A DNA stretch of 64,000 nucleotides, from the NCBI RefSeq assembly GCF_051903065.1, contig NZ_CP178438.1. One strand, written 5' to 3'. Below, piece by piece: positions 1 through 11,196 of this stretch. This DNA comes from Escherichia coli (GTDB lineage Bacteria > Pseudomonadota > Gammaproteobacteria > Enterobacterales > Enterobacteriaceae). The translations under genes were made by a program, and so were the position numbers. The notes beneath the pieces are model-generated. The model searched no databases, had not been told where the DNA came from, and saw only the letters and a list, made by a program, of their open reading frames with translations. Positions within the stretch are counted from its first letter, which is position 1, and the number at the start of each line of letters is the position of its first letter.

Positions 1-1558
1 GGCGGCGTGCCTTAACTCGACGCAAACCCGCGAACAGCAACTTGAAGTGATGACAGGCTGCCGCACCGGGCAAATTCGTCTGCTTTATATCGCCCCGGAA
101 CGCCTGATGCTGGATAACTTTCTTGAGCATCTGGCGCACTGGAATCCGGTGTTATTAGCCGTTGATGAAGCGCACTGTATCTCCCAATGGGGCCACGATT
201 TCCGCCCGGAATATGCCGCGCTCGGTCAGTTGCGCCAGCGGTTCCCGACGCTGCCGTTTATGGCGCTGACCGCCACAGCCGACGACACCACGCGCCAGGA
301 TATCGTGCGCCTGCTGGGGCTGAACGATCCGCTGATTCAAATCAGCAGTTTTGACCGTCCGAATATTCGCTACATGCTGATGGAGAAATTCAAACCGCTC
401 GATCAGTTGATGCGCTACGTGCAGGAACAGCGCGGTAAGTCCGGCATTATCTACTGCAACAGCCGGGCGAAAGTAGAAGACACCGCTGCGCGCCTGCAAA
501 GCAAGGGTATTAGCGCGGCGGCCTATCATGCCGGGCTGGAAAATAATGTCCGCGCCGACGTGCAGGAGAAATTCCAGCGCGATGACCTGCAAATTGTGGT
601 GGCGACGGTGGCGTTCGGCATGGGCATCAATAAACCAAACGTTCGCTTCGTGGTCCACTTTGATATTCCGCGCAATATCGAATCCTATTATCAGGAAACC
701 GGTCGCGCCGGGCGTGATGGCCTGCCTGCGGAAGCGATGCTGTTTTACGATCCGGCTGATATGGCGTGGCTGCGCCGTTGTCTGGAAGAGAAGCCGCAGG
801 GGCAGTTGCAGGATATCGAGCGCCATAAACTCAATGCGATGGGCGCTTTTGCCGAAGCGCAAACTTGCCGTCGTCTGGTGCTGCTGAACTACTTTGGCGA
901 AGGGCGGCAGGAGCCGTGCGGGAACTGCGATATCTGCCTCGATCCGCCGAAACAATACGATGGTTCAACCGATGCTCAGATTGCCCTTTCCACCATTGGT
1001 CGTGTGAATCAGCGGTTTGGGATGGGTTATGTGGTGGAAGTGATTCGTGGTGCTAATAACCAGCGTATCCGCGACTATGGTCATGACAAACTGAAAGTCT
1101 ATGGCATGGGCCGTGATAAAAGCCATGAACATTGGGTGAGCGTGATCCGCCAGCTGATTCACCTCGGCCTGGTGACGCAAAATATAGCCCAGCATTCTGC
1201 CCTACAACTGACAGAGGCCGCGCGCCCGGTGCTGCGCGGCGAATCCTCTTTGCAACTTGCCGTGCCGCGTATCGTGGCGCTCAAACCGAAAGCGATGCAG
1301 AAATCGTTCGGCGGCAACTATGATCGCAAACTGTTCGCCAAATTACGCAAACTGCGTAAATCGATTGCCGATGAAAGTAATGTCCCGCCGTACGTGGTGT
1401 TTAACGACGCAACCTTGATTGAGATGGCTGAACAGATGCCGATCACCGCCAGCGAAATGCTCAGCGTTAACGGCGTTGGGATGCGCAAGCTGGAACGCTT
1501 TGGTAAACCGTTTATGGCGCTGATTCGTGCGCATGTCGATGGCGACGACGAAGAGTAG
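1..1558 (+). CDS. recQ: ATP-dependent DNA helicase RecQ (5' end lies upstream of window)
   Basis: ORF track 47..1558 in frame 2 is open back to window start; helicase C-terminal region and zinc-binding CxxC motifs match my recollection of E. coli RecQ. Confidence 0.9.
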   Translation, partial: AACLNSTQTREQQLEVMTGCRTGQIRLLYIAPERLMLDNFLEHLAHWNPVLLAVDEAHCISQWGHDFRPEYAALGQLRQRFPTLPFMALTATADDTTRQDIVRLLGLNDPLIQISSFDRPNIRYMLMEKFKPLDQLMRYVQEQRGKSGIIYCNSRAKVEDTAARLQSKGISAAAYHAGLENNVRADVQEKFQRDDLQIVVATVAFGMGINKPNVRFVVHFDIPRNIESYYQETGRAGRDGLPAEAMLFYDPADMAWLRRCLEEKPQGQLQDIERHKLNAMGAFAEAQTCRRLVLLNYFGEGRQEPCGNCDICLDPPKQYDGSTDAQIALSTIGRVNQRFGMGYVVEVIRGANNQRIRDYGHDKLKVYGMGRDKSHEHWVSVIRQLIHLGLVTQNIAQHSALQLTEAARPVLRGESSLQLAVPRIVALKPKAMQKSFGGNYDRKLFAKLRKLRKSIADESNVPPYVVFNDATLIEMAEQMPITASEMLSVNGVGMRKLERFGKPFMALIRAHVDGDDEE

Positions 1559-1621
1559 TCAGCAGCATAAAAAAGTGCCAGGATGAAGACTCCGTAAACG
1601 TTTCCCCCGCGAGTCAAATGT

Positions 1622-2242
1622 ATGTTGATGTTATTTCTCACCGTCGCCATGGTGCACATTGTGGCGCTTATGAGTCCCGGTCCCGATTTCTTTTTTGTCT
1701 CTCAGACCGCTGTCAGTCGTTCCCGTAAAGAAGCGATGATGGGCGTGCTGGGTATTACCTGCGGCGTTATGGTTTGGGCAGGGATTGCGTTGCTTGGCCT
1801 GCATTTGATTATCGAAAAAATGGCCTGGCTGCATACGCTGATTATGGTTGGCGGTGGCCTGTATCTCTGCTGGATGGGTTACCAGATGCTGCGCGGCGCG
1901 CTGAAAAAAGAGGCGGTTTCTGCACCTGCGCCACAGGTCGAGCTGGCGAAAAGTGGGCGCAGTTTCCTGAAAGGTTTACTGACCAATCTCGCTAATCCGA
2001 AAGCGATTATCTACTTTGGCTCGGTGTTCTCATTGTTTGTCGGTGATAACGTTGGCACTACCGCGCGCTGGGGCATTTTTGCGCTGATCATTGTCGAAAC
2101 ACTGGCGTGGTTTACCGTCGTTGCCAGCCTGTTTGCCCTGCCGCAAATGCGCCGTGGTTATCAACGTCTGGCGAAGTGGATTGATGGTTTTGCCGGGGCG
2201 TTATTTGCCGGATTTGGCATTCATTTGATTATTTCGCGGTGA
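1622..2242 (+). CDS. rhtC: threonine efflux protein, LysE/RhtB family
   Basis: 206 aa ORF, hydrophobic LysE-family membrane protein, position after recQ as in K-12. Confidence 0.88.
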   Translation: MLMLFLTVAMVHIVALMSPGPDFFFVSQTAVSRSRKEAMMGVLGITCGVMVWAGIALLGLHLIIEKMAWLHTLIMVGGGLYLCWMGYQMLRGALKKEAVSAPAPQVELAKSGRSFLKGLLTNLANPKAIIYFGSVFSLFVGDNVGTTARWGIFALIIVETLAWFTVVASLFALPQMRRGYQRLAKWIDGFAGALFAGFGIHLIISR

Positions 2243-2243
2243 T

Positions 2244-2296
2244 GCCAGACGCGTCTTCAGAGTAAGTCGGATAAGGCGTTTACGCCGCATCCGACA
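2244..2296. repeat. REP / palindromic unit between convergent-divergent rhtC and rhtB
   Basis: gtcggataaggcgtttacgccgcatccgac type imperfect palindrome typical of E. coli REP. Confidence 0.7.
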
Positions 2297-2303
2297 TTAT
2301 TTT

Positions 2304-2924
2304 TCACGCATGCCTCGCCGATGCTAACAGCGCTCCCACCAGCATAAACAACGAGCCGAAAATCTTATTCAGCGCCTTCATCTGCTTTGGTCCTTTAATC
2401 CATAGAGCAATCCGTTGAGCAAGGGTGGCGTAACCGATCATCACAATAATATCGACCACAATAGTGGTGACGCCGAGCACGATATACTGCATCAGTTGCG
2501 GCTGTTGCGGCATGATGAATTGCGGAAATAGCGCCGCCAGAAACACAATACTTTTGGGATTGGTGAGATTCACAAAAACTGCGCGCTGGAACAAATGTCG
2601 ACGCGATTGAGTAGAGGCCAGCGATTTAAGATCAATTGCGCCAGCGGCGCGCCATTGCTGTATTCCTAGCCAAATCAAGTAAGCCGCGCCTGCCCACTTC
2701 AACACTTCAAACGCAATCACTGAGCGGGAAAATAGCGTCCCCAACCCCACGCCAACCAGCACAATATGAATCGCCAGTCCGGTCTGAAGCCCAGCAATAG
2801 ACGCCACCGCGCCGCGATAACCGTGGTTGAGCGAGGTGGTCATAGTGTTGATTGCACCAGAGCCTGGCGACAGGCTTAAAATGATCGATGTCAGCAGGTA
2901 GGCAAACCACCATTCTAAGGTCAT
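2304..2924 (-). CDS. rhtB: homoserine/homoserine lactone efflux protein, LysE family
   Basis: 206 aa ORF on minus strand, LysE-family, matches RhtB recollection. Confidence 0.88.
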
Positions 2925-3034
2925 GATGAACTCCCGGTGTGTCTATTTTTGTGCCACAATACGCTACTGTCGCAGCGTTGTGTCAGGCACGCTAAAAAAA
3001 ACGATTTTACGTGGTTTAAGAGGCAGATTACCCG

Positions 3035-4057
3035 ATGTTTCAGCAGCAAAAAGACTGGGAAACAAGAGAAAACGCGTTTGCTGCTTTTACCATGGGACCG
3101 CTGACTGATTTCTGGCGTCAGCGTGATGAAGCAGAGTTTACTGGTGTGGATGACATTCCGGTGCGCTTTGTCCGTTTTCGCGCACAGCACCATGACCGGG
3201 TGGTAGTCATCTGCCCGGGGCGTATTGAGAGCTACGTAAAATATGCGGAACTGGCCTACGATTTGTTCCATTTGGGGTTTGATGTCTTAATCATCGACCA
3301 TCGCGGGCAGGGACGTTCCGGTCGCCTGTTAGCCGATCCGCATCTCGGGCATGTTAATCGCTTTAATGATTATGTTGATGATCTGGCGGCATTCTGGCAA
3401 CAGGAGGTCCAGCCCGGTCCGTGGCGTAAACGCTATATACTGGCACATTCGATGGGCGGTGCGATCTCCACATTATTTCTGCAACGCCATCCAGGTGTAT
3501 GTGACGCCATTGCGCTAACTGCGCCAATGTTTGGGATCGTGATTCGTATGCCGTCATTTATGGCACGGCAGATCCTCAACTGGGCCGAAGCGCATCCACG
3601 TTTCCGTGATGGCTATGCAATAGGCACCGGGCGCTGGCGCGCGTTGCCGTTTGCTATCAACGTACTGACCCACAGCAGACAGCGATATCGACGTAACTTA
3701 CGCTTCTATGCTGATGACCCAACGATTCGCGTCGGTGGGCCGACCTACCATTGGGTACGCGAAAGTATTCTGGCTGGCGAACAGGTGTTAGCCGGTGCGG
3801 GTGATGACGCCACGCCAACGCTTCTCTTGCAGGCTGAAGAGGAACGCGTGGTGGATAACCGCATGCATGACCGTTTTTGTGAACTCCGCACCGCCGCGGG
3901 CCATCCTGTCGAAGGAGGACGGCCGTTGGTAATTAAAGGTGCTTACCATGAGATCCTTTTTGAAAAGGACGCAATGCGCTCAGTCGCGCTCCACGCCATC
4001 GTTGATTTTTTCAACAGGCATAACTCACCCAGCGGAAACCGCTCTACAGAGGTTTAA
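3035..4057 (+). CDS. pldB: lysophospholipase L2 (alpha/beta hydrolase, GHSMGG nucleophile elbow)
   Basis: 340 aa ORF with HSMGG motif; length and neighbours match PldB. Confidence 0.88.
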   Translation: MFQQQKDWETRENAFAAFTMGPLTDFWRQRDEAEFTGVDDIPVRFVRFRAQHHDRVVVICPGRIESYVKYAELAYDLFHLGFDVLIIDHRGQGRSGRLLADPHLGHVNRFNDYVDDLAAFWQQEVQPGPWRKRYILAHSMGGAISTLFLQRHPGVCDAIALTAPMFGIVIRMPSFMARQILNWAEAHPRFRDGYAIGTGRWRALPFAINVLTHSRQRYRRNLRFYADDPTIRVGGPTYHWVRESILAGEQVLAGAGDDATPTLLLQAEEERVVDNRMHDRFCELRTAAGHPVEGGRPLVIKGAYHEILFEKDAMRSVALHAIVDFFNRHNSPSGNRSTEV

Positions 4058-4064
4058 ATTTCTT

Positions 4065-4865
4065 ATGTACCAGGTTGTTGCGTCTGATTTAGATGGCACG
4101 TTACTTTCTCCCGACCATACGTTATCCCCTTACGCCAAAGAAACTCTGAAGCTGCTCACCGCGCGCGGCATCAACTTTGTGTTTGCGACCGGTCGTCACC
4201 ACGTTGATGTGGGGCAAATTCGCGATAATCTGGAGATTAAGTCTTACATGATTACCTCCAATGGTGCGCGCGTTCACGATCTGGATGGTAATCTGATTTT
4301 TGCTCATAACCTGGATCGCGACATTGCCAGCGATCTGTTTGGCGTAGTCAACGATAATCCGGACATCATTACTAACGTTTATCGCGACGACGAATGGTTT
4401 ATGAATCGCCATCGCCCGGAAGAGATGCGCTTTTTTAAAGAAGCGGTGTTCAAATATGCGCTGTATGAGCCTGGATTACTGGAGCCGGAAGGCGTCAGCA
4501 AAGTGTTCTTCACCTGCGATTCCCATGAACAACTGCTGCCGCTGGAGCAGGCGATTAACGCTCGTTGGGGCGATCGCGTCAACGTCAGTTTCTCTACTTT
4601 AACCTGTCTGGAAGTGATGGCGGGCGGCGTTTCAAAAGGCCATGCGCTGGAAGCGGTGGCGAAGAAACTGGGCTACAGCCTGAAGGATTGTATTGCGTTT
4701 GGTGACGGGATGAACGACGCCGAAATGCTGTCGATGGCGGGGAAAGGCTGCATTATGGGCAGTGCGCACCAGCGTCTGAAAGACCTTCATCCCGAGCTGG
4801 AAGTGATTGGTACTAATGCCGACGATGCGGTGCCGCATTATCTGCGTAAACTCTATTTATCGTAA
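4065..4865 (+). CDS. yigL: HAD-superfamily (Cof-type) sugar/pyridoxal phosphate phosphatase
   Basis: ORF track 3939..4865 trimmed to ATG at 4065 giving 266 aa; DLDGTLL HAD motif I near N-terminus. Confidence 0.85.
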   Translation: MYQVVASDLDGTLLSPDHTLSPYAKETLKLLTARGINFVFATGRHHVDVGQIRDNLEIKSYMITSNGARVHDLDGNLIFAHNLDRDIASDLFGVVNDNPDIITNVYRDDEWFMNRHRPEEMRFFKEAVFKYALYEPGLLEPEGVSKVFFTCDSHEQLLPLEQAINARWGDRVNVSFSTLTCLEVMAGGVSKGHALEAVAKKLGYSLKDCIAFGDGMNDAEMLSMAGKGCIMGSAHQRLKDLHPELEVIGTNADDAVPHYLRKLYLS

Positions 4866-4940
4866 TCGTTCTTTATTTGGTCAGTTGTCAACCTGATACT
4901 TCGCTACAATGGATACTCGTTAATCAAAGAGTTTTCCATT

Positions 4941-5840
4941 GTGGCGCTACTTATCATCACCACGATTTTGTGGGCCTTCTCCTTTAGTTTTTATGGCGAG
5001 TACCTTGCGGGGCACGTCGATAGCTATTTTGCGGTGCTGGTGCGCGTTGGCCTGGCGGCACTCGTTTTTCTGCCGTTTCTGCGTACCCGTGGCAATAGCC
5101 TGAAAACAGTAGGCCTGTATATGCTGGTGGGCGCGATGCAGCTCGGCGTGATGTATATGCTGAGTTTCCGCGCTTATCTCTACCTGACGGTTTCCGAACT
5201 GCTGCTGTTCACCGTACTGACGCCGCTCTACATCACGCTGATTTATGACATCATGAGTAAACGCCGTCTGCGCTGGGGATATGCTTTTAGTGCCTTGTTG
5301 GCGGTGATTGGTGCCGGGATTATTCGCTATGATCAGGTCACCGACCATTTCTGGACTGGCTTGTTGCTGGTGCAACTCTCCAATATCACTTTTGCCATCG
5401 GCATGGTGGGTTACAAACGCCTGATGGAAACTCGCCCGATGCCGCAGCATAACGCCTTTGCGTGGTTCTATCTTGGCGCGTTCCTGGTGGCGGTAATTGC
5501 ATGGTTCTTGCTGGGAAATGCGCAGAAAATGCCGCAAACCACGTTGCAATGGGGCATTCTGGTGTTTCTTGGCGTGGTGGCTTCCGGGATTGGCTACTTT
5601 ATGTGGAACTACGGCGCGACGCAGGTGGACGCCGGAACGCTGGGAATTATGAATAATATGCACGTTCCGGCAGGGCTGCTGGTAAACCTGGCTATCTGGC
5701 ACCAACAGCCGCACTGGCCAACGTTTATTACAGGCGCGCTGGTGATCCTGGCCTCACTGTGGGTGCATCGTAAGTGGGTCGCTCCGCGCTCTTCACAAAC
5801 GGCAGATGATCGCAGGCGTGATTGCGCGCTGAGCGAATAA
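4941..5840 (+). CDS. yigM: EamA/DMT-family inner membrane transporter (biotin transporter YigM/BioP)
   Basis: 299 aa polytopic membrane ORF, GTG start, position matches K-12. Confidence 0.8.
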   Translation: MALLIITTILWAFSFSFYGEYLAGHVDSYFAVLVRVGLAALVFLPFLRTRGNSLKTVGLYMLVGAMQLGVMYMLSFRAYLYLTVSELLLFTVLTPLYITLIYDIMSKRRLRWGYAFSALLAVIGAGIIRYDQVTDHFWTGLLLVQLSNITFAIGMVGYKRLMETRPMPQHNAFAWFYLGAFLVAVIAWFLLGNAQKMPQTTLQWGILVFLGVVASGIGYFMWNYGATQVDAGTLGIMNNMHVPAGLLVNLAIWHQQPHWPTFITGALVILASLWVHRKWVAPRSSQTADDRRRDCALSE

Positions 5841-6681
5841 ACGCTTCTGTAATCGGCTGACGCTGCTCGCCATCGCGCACGGCGGCGTACAGTCGGCTCC
5901 ACAAGCCTTCGCCCAGGGTTTTGGTCACCACCAGACCCTGGCGCTCAAAACTCTCTACTACCCAATGCGGCAGGGCGGCAATACCCATCCGCGCGGCAAC
6001 CATCTGAATCAACAATAAGGTGTTATCGACGCTTTTCAGTGACGGGCTGACGCCTGCCGGCTGAAGAAAATGCCGCCAGACATCCAGTCGGCTACGCTGC
6101 ACCGGATAAATCAACAGCGTCTCGCTGGCGAGATCTTCCGGTGTAATACGCGTTTTTGCCGCCAATGGATGGTCAGGTGCTAACACCAGGCGTACTTCAT
6201 AGTCGAACATCGACGAATAATGCAGGCCACTGCGCGGCAGAATATCGGAGGTCATCACCAGATCCAGCTCGCCCTGTTGCAACGCGGGCTGCGGGTCAAA
6301 CGTCACGCCCGATTTAAAATCCATCTCTACCTGCGGCCAGTTCTTATGGAAATTTTCTAACGCGGGCGTCAGCCACTGAATACAGCTATGGCACTCAATG
6401 GCAATGCGCAGACGTGTCTGCTGCGGTTCATTGCAGGCTTGCAGTGCCTGGCTGATTTGCGGCAGCACCTGGTTTGCCAGTTGCAACAGGATTTCTCCCT
6501 GCGGTGTAAAGCGTAGCGGCTGGCTCTTACGCACAAAGAGCCGGAAGCCAAGGCGTTGTTCCAGATCGCTAAACTGGTGAGACAGGGCGGATTGCGTCTG
6601 ATGCAACGTCGCCGCAGCGGCTGCGAGCGAGCCGCAGTTCCGCAACGCTTGTAGCGTTTTCAGGTGTTTTACTTCGATCAT
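5728..6681 (-). CDS. metR: LysR-type transcriptional activator of metE/metH
   Basis: 317 aa ORF with N-terminal LysR HTH, divergent from metE. Confidence 0.9.
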   Translation of the reverse strand: MIEVKHLKTLQALRNCGSLAAAAATLHQTQSALSHQFSDLEQRLGFRLFVRKSQPLRFTPQGEILLQLANQVLPQISQALQACNEPQQTRLRIAIECHSCIQWLTPALENFHKNWPQVEMDFKSGVTFDPQPALQQGELDLVMTSDILPRSGLHYSSMFDYEVRLVLAPDHPLAAKTRITPEDLASETLLIYPVQRSRLDVWRHFLQPAGVSPSLKSVDNTLLLIQMVAARMGIAALPHWVVESFERQGLVVTKTLGEGLWSRLYAAVRDGEQRQPITEAFIRSARNHACDHLPFVKSAERPTYDAPTVRPGSPARL

Positions 6682-6916
6682 GAAAGTCCTTCACTTCGGC
6701 ATGAATAATTTGCGCTTGAGGAATATACAGTAACCGCCAATTATGGATGTGTAAACATCTGGACGGCTAAAATCCTTCGTCTTTTAAATTTATGGTGCGT
6801 TGGCTGCGTTTCTCCACCCCGGTCACTTACTTCAGTAAGCTCCCGGGGATGAATAAACTTGCCGCCTTCCCTAAATTCAAAATCCATAGGATTTACATAT
6901 AATTAGAGGAAGAAAA

Positions 6917-9178
6917 ATGACAATATTGAATCACACCCTCGGTTTCCCTCGCGTTGGCCTGCGTCGCGAGCTGAAAAAAGCGCAAGAGAGTTATTGGGCG
7001 GGGAACTCCACGCGTGAAGAACTGCTGGCGGTAGGGCGTGAATTGCGTGCTCGTCACTGGGATCAACAAAAGCAAGCGGGTATCGACCTGCTGCCGGTGG
7101 GCGATTTTGCCTGGTACGATCATGTACTGACCACCAGTCTGCTGCTGGGTAACGTTCCGGCGCGTCATCAGAACAAAGATGGTTCGGTAGATATCGACAC
7201 CCTGTTCCGTATTGGTCGTGGACGTGCGCCGACTGGCGAACCTGCGGCGGCAGCGGAAATGACCAAATGGTTTAACACCAACTATCACTACATGGTGCCG
7301 GAGTTCGTTAAAGGCCAACAGTTCAAACTGACCTGGACGCAGCTGCTGGAGGAAGTGGACGAGGCGCTGGCGCTGGGCCACAAGGTGAAACCTGTGCTGC
7401 TGGGGCCGGTTACCTGGCTGTGGCTGGGGAAAGTGAAAGGTGAACAGTTTGATCGCCTGAGCCTGCTGAACGACATTCTGCCGGTTTATCAGCAAGTGCT
7501 GGCAGAACTGGCGAAACGCGGTATTGAGTGGGTACAGATCGACGAGCCCGCGCTGGTACTGGAACTACCACAGGCGTGGCTGGACGCATACAAACCCGCT
7601 TACGACGCGCTCCAGGGACAGGTGAAACTGCTGCTGACCACCTATTTTGAAGGCGTAACGCCAAATCTCGACACGATTACTGCGCTGCCTGTTCAGGGGC
7701 TGCATGTGGACCTTGTACATGGTAAAGATGACGTTGTTGAACTGCACAAGCGCCTGCCTTCTGACTGGCTGCTGTCTGCGGGTCTGATCAATGGTCGTAA
7801 CGTCTGGCGCGCCGATCTTACTGAGAAATATGCGCAAATTAAGGACATTGTCGGCAAACGTGATTTGTGGGTGGCATCTTCCTGCTCGTTGCTGCACAGC
7901 CCCATCGACCTGAGCGTGGAAACGCGTCTTGATGCAGAAGTGAAAAGCTGGTTTGCCTTCGCCCTACAAAAATGCCATGAACTGGCACTGCTGCGCGATG
8001 CGCTGAACAGTGGTGACACGGCAGCTCTGGCAGAGTGGAGCGCCCCAATTCAGGCGCGTCGTCACTCTACTCGTGTACATAATCCGGCGGTAGAAAAGCG
8101 TCTGGCGGCGATCACCGCCCAGGACAGCCAGCGTGCGAATGTCTATGAAGTGCGTGCTGAAGCCCAGCGTGCGCGTTTTAAACTGCCAGCGTGGCCGACC
8201 ACCACGATTGGTTCCTTCCCGCAAACCACGGAAATTCGTACCCTGCGTCTGGATTTCAAAAAGGGCAATCTCGACGCCAATAACTACCGCACGGGCATTG
8301 CGGAACATATCAGGCAGGCCATTGTTGAACAGGAACGTTTGGGACTGGATGTGCTGGTACATGGCGAGGCCGAGCGTAATGACATGGTGGAATACTTTGG
8401 CGAGCACCTCGACGGGTTTGTCTTTACGCAAAACGGTTGGGTACAGAGCTACGGTTCCCGCTGCGTGAAGCCACCGATTGTTATTGGTGACGTTAGTCGC
8501 CCGGCACCGATTACCGTGGAGTGGGCGAAGTATGCGCAATCGCTGACTGATAAACCGGTGAAAGGGATGCTGACTGGCCCGGTGACCATTCTCTGCTGGT
8601 CGTTCCCGCGTGAAGATGTCAGCCGTGAAACTATCGCCAAACAAATTGCGCTGGCGCTGCGTGATGAAGTGGCGGACCTGGAAGCCGCAGGAATTGGCAT
8701 CATCCAGATTGATGAACCGGCGCTGCGCGAAGGTTTACCGCTGCGTCGTAGCGACTGGGATGCATATCTCCAGTGGGGCGTGGAGGCCTTCCGTATCAAC
8801 GCCGCCGTGGCGAAAGATGACACACAAATCCACACTCACATGTGTTATTGCGAGTTCAACGACATCATGGATTCGATTGCGGCACTGGATGCAGACGTCA
8901 TCACCATCGAAACCTCGCGTTCCGACATGGAGTTGCTGGAGTCGTTTGAAGAGTTTGATTATCCGAATGAAATCGGTCCAGGCGTCTATGACATTCACTC
9001 GCCAAACGTACCGAGCGTAGAATGGATTGAAGCCTTGCTGAAGAAAGCGGCAAAACGCATTCCGGCAGAGCGCCTGTGGGTCAACCCGGACTGTGGCCTG
9101 AAAACGCGCGGCTGGCCAGAAACCCGCGCGGCACTGGCGAACATGGTGCAGGCGGCGCAGAACTTGCGTCGGGGGTAA
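6917..9178 (+). CDS. metE: cobalamin-independent methionine synthase
   Basis: 753 aa ORF, sequence matches MetE recollection. Confidence 0.95.
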   Translation: MTILNHTLGFPRVGLRRELKKAQESYWAGNSTREELLAVGRELRARHWDQQKQAGIDLLPVGDFAWYDHVLTTSLLLGNVPARHQNKDGSVDIDTLFRIGRGRAPTGEPAAAAEMTKWFNTNYHYMVPEFVKGQQFKLTWTQLLEEVDEALALGHKVKPVLLGPVTWLWLGKVKGEQFDRLSLLNDILPVYQQVLAELAKRGIEWVQIDEPALVLELPQAWLDAYKPAYDALQGQVKLLLTTYFEGVTPNLDTITALPVQGLHVDLVHGKDDVVELHKRLPSDWLLSAGLINGRNVWRADLTEKYAQIKDIVGKRDLWVASSCSLLHSPIDLSVETRLDAEVKSWFAFALQKCHELALLRDALNSGDTAALAEWSAPIQARRHSTRVHNPAVEKRLAAITAQDSQRANVYEVRAEAQRARFKLPAWPTTTIGSFPQTTEIRTLRLDFKKGNLDANNYRTGIAEHIRQAIVEQERLGLDVLVHGEAERNDMVEYFGEHLDGFVFTQNGWVQSYGSRCVKPPIVIGDVSRPAPITVEWAKYAQSLTDKPVKGMLTGPVTILCWSFPREDVSRETIAKQIALALRDEVADLEAAGIGIIQIDEPALREGLPLRRSDWDAYLQWGVEAFRINAAVAKDDTQIHTHMCYCEFNDIMDSIAALDADVITIETSRSDMELLESFEEFDYPNEIGPGVYDIHSPNVPSVEWIEALLKKAAKRIPAERLWVNPDCGLKTRGWPETRAALANMVQAAQNLRRG

Positions 9179-9185
9179 AATCCAA

Positions 9186-9215
9186 ACCGGGTGGTAATAC
9201 CACCCGGTCTTTTCT
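9186..9215. terminator. intrinsic terminator hairpin between convergent metE and ysgA
   Basis: accgggtgg-taata-ccacccggt stem-loop followed by T-run. Confidence 0.75.
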
Positions 9216-9217
9216 CA

Positions 9218-10033
9218 TTACAGCGACTTCTTCCCACCATACTGCTTAAACCATTCCAGCATACGCTGCCAGCCATCTTTCGCAGATTCGGCATGATAGC
9301 TCGGGCGATAATCAGCGTTGAATGCATGCCCGGCGTCCGGGTACACGATAATCTCTGCTTTCGCATTAGCAGCCCGCAGCGCCTGGCGCATGGTTTCAAC
9401 GCTCTCCTGCGGAATACTGTTATCCAGACCGCCATATAAGCCGAGAACCGGCGCGTTAAGATCGGTTGCGATATCAACAGGTTGTTTCGGTGAATTCAGC
9501 GACTTATCGCCCGTCAGTTTGCCGTACCACGCCACTGCGGCTTTTAGCTGTGGATTATGCGCGGCATACAGCCAAGTGATACGTCCACCCCAGCAGAATC
9601 CGGTGATCATTAAACGATGAACATCGCCGCCGTTGCGGGAAGCCCAACTGGCGACATGATCGAGATCGGCCAGCACCTGCGAGTCAGGCACTTTTGCTAC
9701 CAGACCGCTAAGCAACGTGGGGATATCGGCAAAATCATTCGGATCGCCTTCGCGGAAGTAAAGTTCAGGTGCGATAGCCAGATACCCCTCCAGCGCCAGA
9801 CGGCGACAAATGTCGCGGATATGTTCATGCACGCCAAAAATTTCCTGCACTACAATGACCACTGGCAGTGGGCCATCGCTTTGCTTTGGTCTGGCATGGT
9901 AAGCAGGCATGTTATCCCCTTGTGAAGGGATAGAGGTGAAGCCCGCCACAATCGCGTCGTCCGGGGTCTGAACGATGGTCGAAGCGAGAGGCGATGCAGC
10001 AGGTGCAAATCCAGATTGTTGTGTTGTTGCCAT
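9218..10033 (-). CDS. ysgA: dienelactone hydrolase family protein
   Basis: ORF track 9218..10099 trimmed to ATG at 10033 (271 aa); alpha/beta hydrolase with GFCWGG motif. Confidence 0.8.
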   Translation of the reverse strand: MATTQQSGFAPAASPLASTIVQTPDDAIVAGFTSIPSQGDNMPAYHARPKQSDGPLPVVIVVQEIFGVHEHIRDICRRLALEGYLAIAPELYFREGDPNDFADIPTLLSGLVAKVPDSQVLADLDHVASWASRNGGDVHRLMITGFCWGGRITWLYAAHNPQLKAAVAWYGKLTGDKSLNSPKQPVDIATDLNAPVLGLYGGLDNSIPQESVETMRQALRAANAKAEIIVYPDAGHAFNADYRPSYHAESAKDGWQRMLEWFKQYGGKKSL

Positions 10034-10294
10034 GGTATTCTCCGTACCCTTATAAAAATGTTGCGCAATGTTAACTATAGTCAGCATGCAACAAATCACA
10101 TTGCCTGAATCGGCTCATCTTTTATGCAGTCCTGCAGAATGAAGAGTGATTTATGTGATTTGCATCACTTTTGGTGGGTAAATTTATGCAACGCATTTGC
10201 GTCATGGTGATGAGTATCACGAAAAAATGTTAAACCCTTCGGTAAAGTGTCTTTTTGCTTCTTCTGACTAAACCGATTCACAGAGGAGTTGTAT

Positions 10295-11056
10295 ATGTCC
10301 AAGTCTGATGTTTTTCATCTCGGCCTCACTAAAAACGATTTACAAGGGGCTACGCTTGCCATCGTCCCTGGCGACCCGGATCGTGTGGAAAAGATCGCCG
10401 CGCTGATGGATAAGCCGGTTAAGCTGGCATCTCACCGCGAATTCACTACCTGGCGTGCAGAGCTGGATGGTAAACCTGTTATCGTCTGCTCTACCGGTAT
10501 CGGCGGCCCGTCTACCTCTATTGCTGTTGAAGAGCTGGCACAGCTGGGCATTCGCACCTTCCTGCGTATCGGTACAACGGGCGCTATTCAGCCGCATATT
10601 AATGTGGGTGATGTCCTGGTTACCACGGCGTCTGTCCGTCTGGATGGCGCGAGCCTGCACTTCGCACCGCTGGAATTCCCGGCTGTCGCTGATTTCGAAT
10701 GTACGACTGCGCTGGTTGAAGCTGCGAAATCCATTGGCGCGACAACTCACGTTGGCGTGACAGCTTCTTCTGATACCTTCTACCCAGGTCAGGAACGTTA
10801 CGATACTTACTCTGGTCGCGTAGTTCGTCACTTTAAAGGTTCTATGGAAGAGTGGCAGGCGATGGGCGTAATGAACTATGAAATGGAATCTGCAACCCTG
10901 CTGACCATGTGTGCAAGTCAGGGCCTGCGTGCCGGTATGGTAGCGGGTGTTATCGTTAACCGCACCCAGCAAGAGATCCCGAATGCTGAGACGATGAAAC
11001 AAACTGAAAGCCAAGCGGTGAAAATCGTGGTGGAAGCGGCGCGTCGTCTGCTGTAA
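10295..11056 (+). CDS. udp: uridine phosphorylase
   Basis: ORF track 10289..11056 trimmed to ATG at 10295 (253 aa); PNP/UDP family sequence. Confidence 0.92.
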   Translation: MSKSDVFHLGLTKNDLQGATLAIVPGDPDRVEKIAALMDKPVKLASHREFTTWRAELDGKPVIVCSTGIGGPSTSIAVEELAQLGIRTFLRIGTTGAIQPHINVGDVLVTTASVRLDGASLHFAPLEFPAVADFECTTALVEAAKSIGATTHVGVTASSDTFYPGQERYDTYSGRVVRHFKGSMEEWQAMGVMNYEMESATLLTMCASQGLRAGMVAGVIVNRTQQEIPNAETMKQTESQAVKIVVEAARRLL

Positions 11057-11073
11057 TTCTCTTCTCCTGTCTG

Positions 11074-11105
11074 AAGGCCGACGCGTTCGGCCTTTTGTAT
11101 TTTTG
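11074..11105 (+). terminator. intrinsic terminator after udp
   Basis: aaggccga-cgcg-tcggcctt hairpin followed by ttttgtattttt. Confidence 0.75.
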
Positions 11106-11196
11106 CGTAGCGCCTCGCAGGAAATGCCTTTCCAACTGGACGTTTGTACAGCACAATTCTATTTTGTGCGGGTAAGTTGTTGCGTCAGGAGGCGTT

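Noticed and set aside
155-955. 266 aa minus-strand ORF overlapping recQ, and similar long antisense ORFs inside metE, fadB, polA, glnA and typA
   Set aside because: Each is fully contained within a well-supported conserved gene on the opposite strand; long antisense ORFs are common in GC-balanced coding DNA.
5728-5840. 113-bp convergent overlap between the 3' ends of yigM and metR
   Set aside because: Unusual looking, but both ORFs have the lengths I recall for the reference proteins (299 and 317 aa), so this overlap appears to be the normal arrangement of this locus rather than a novel feature; not verified by alignment.
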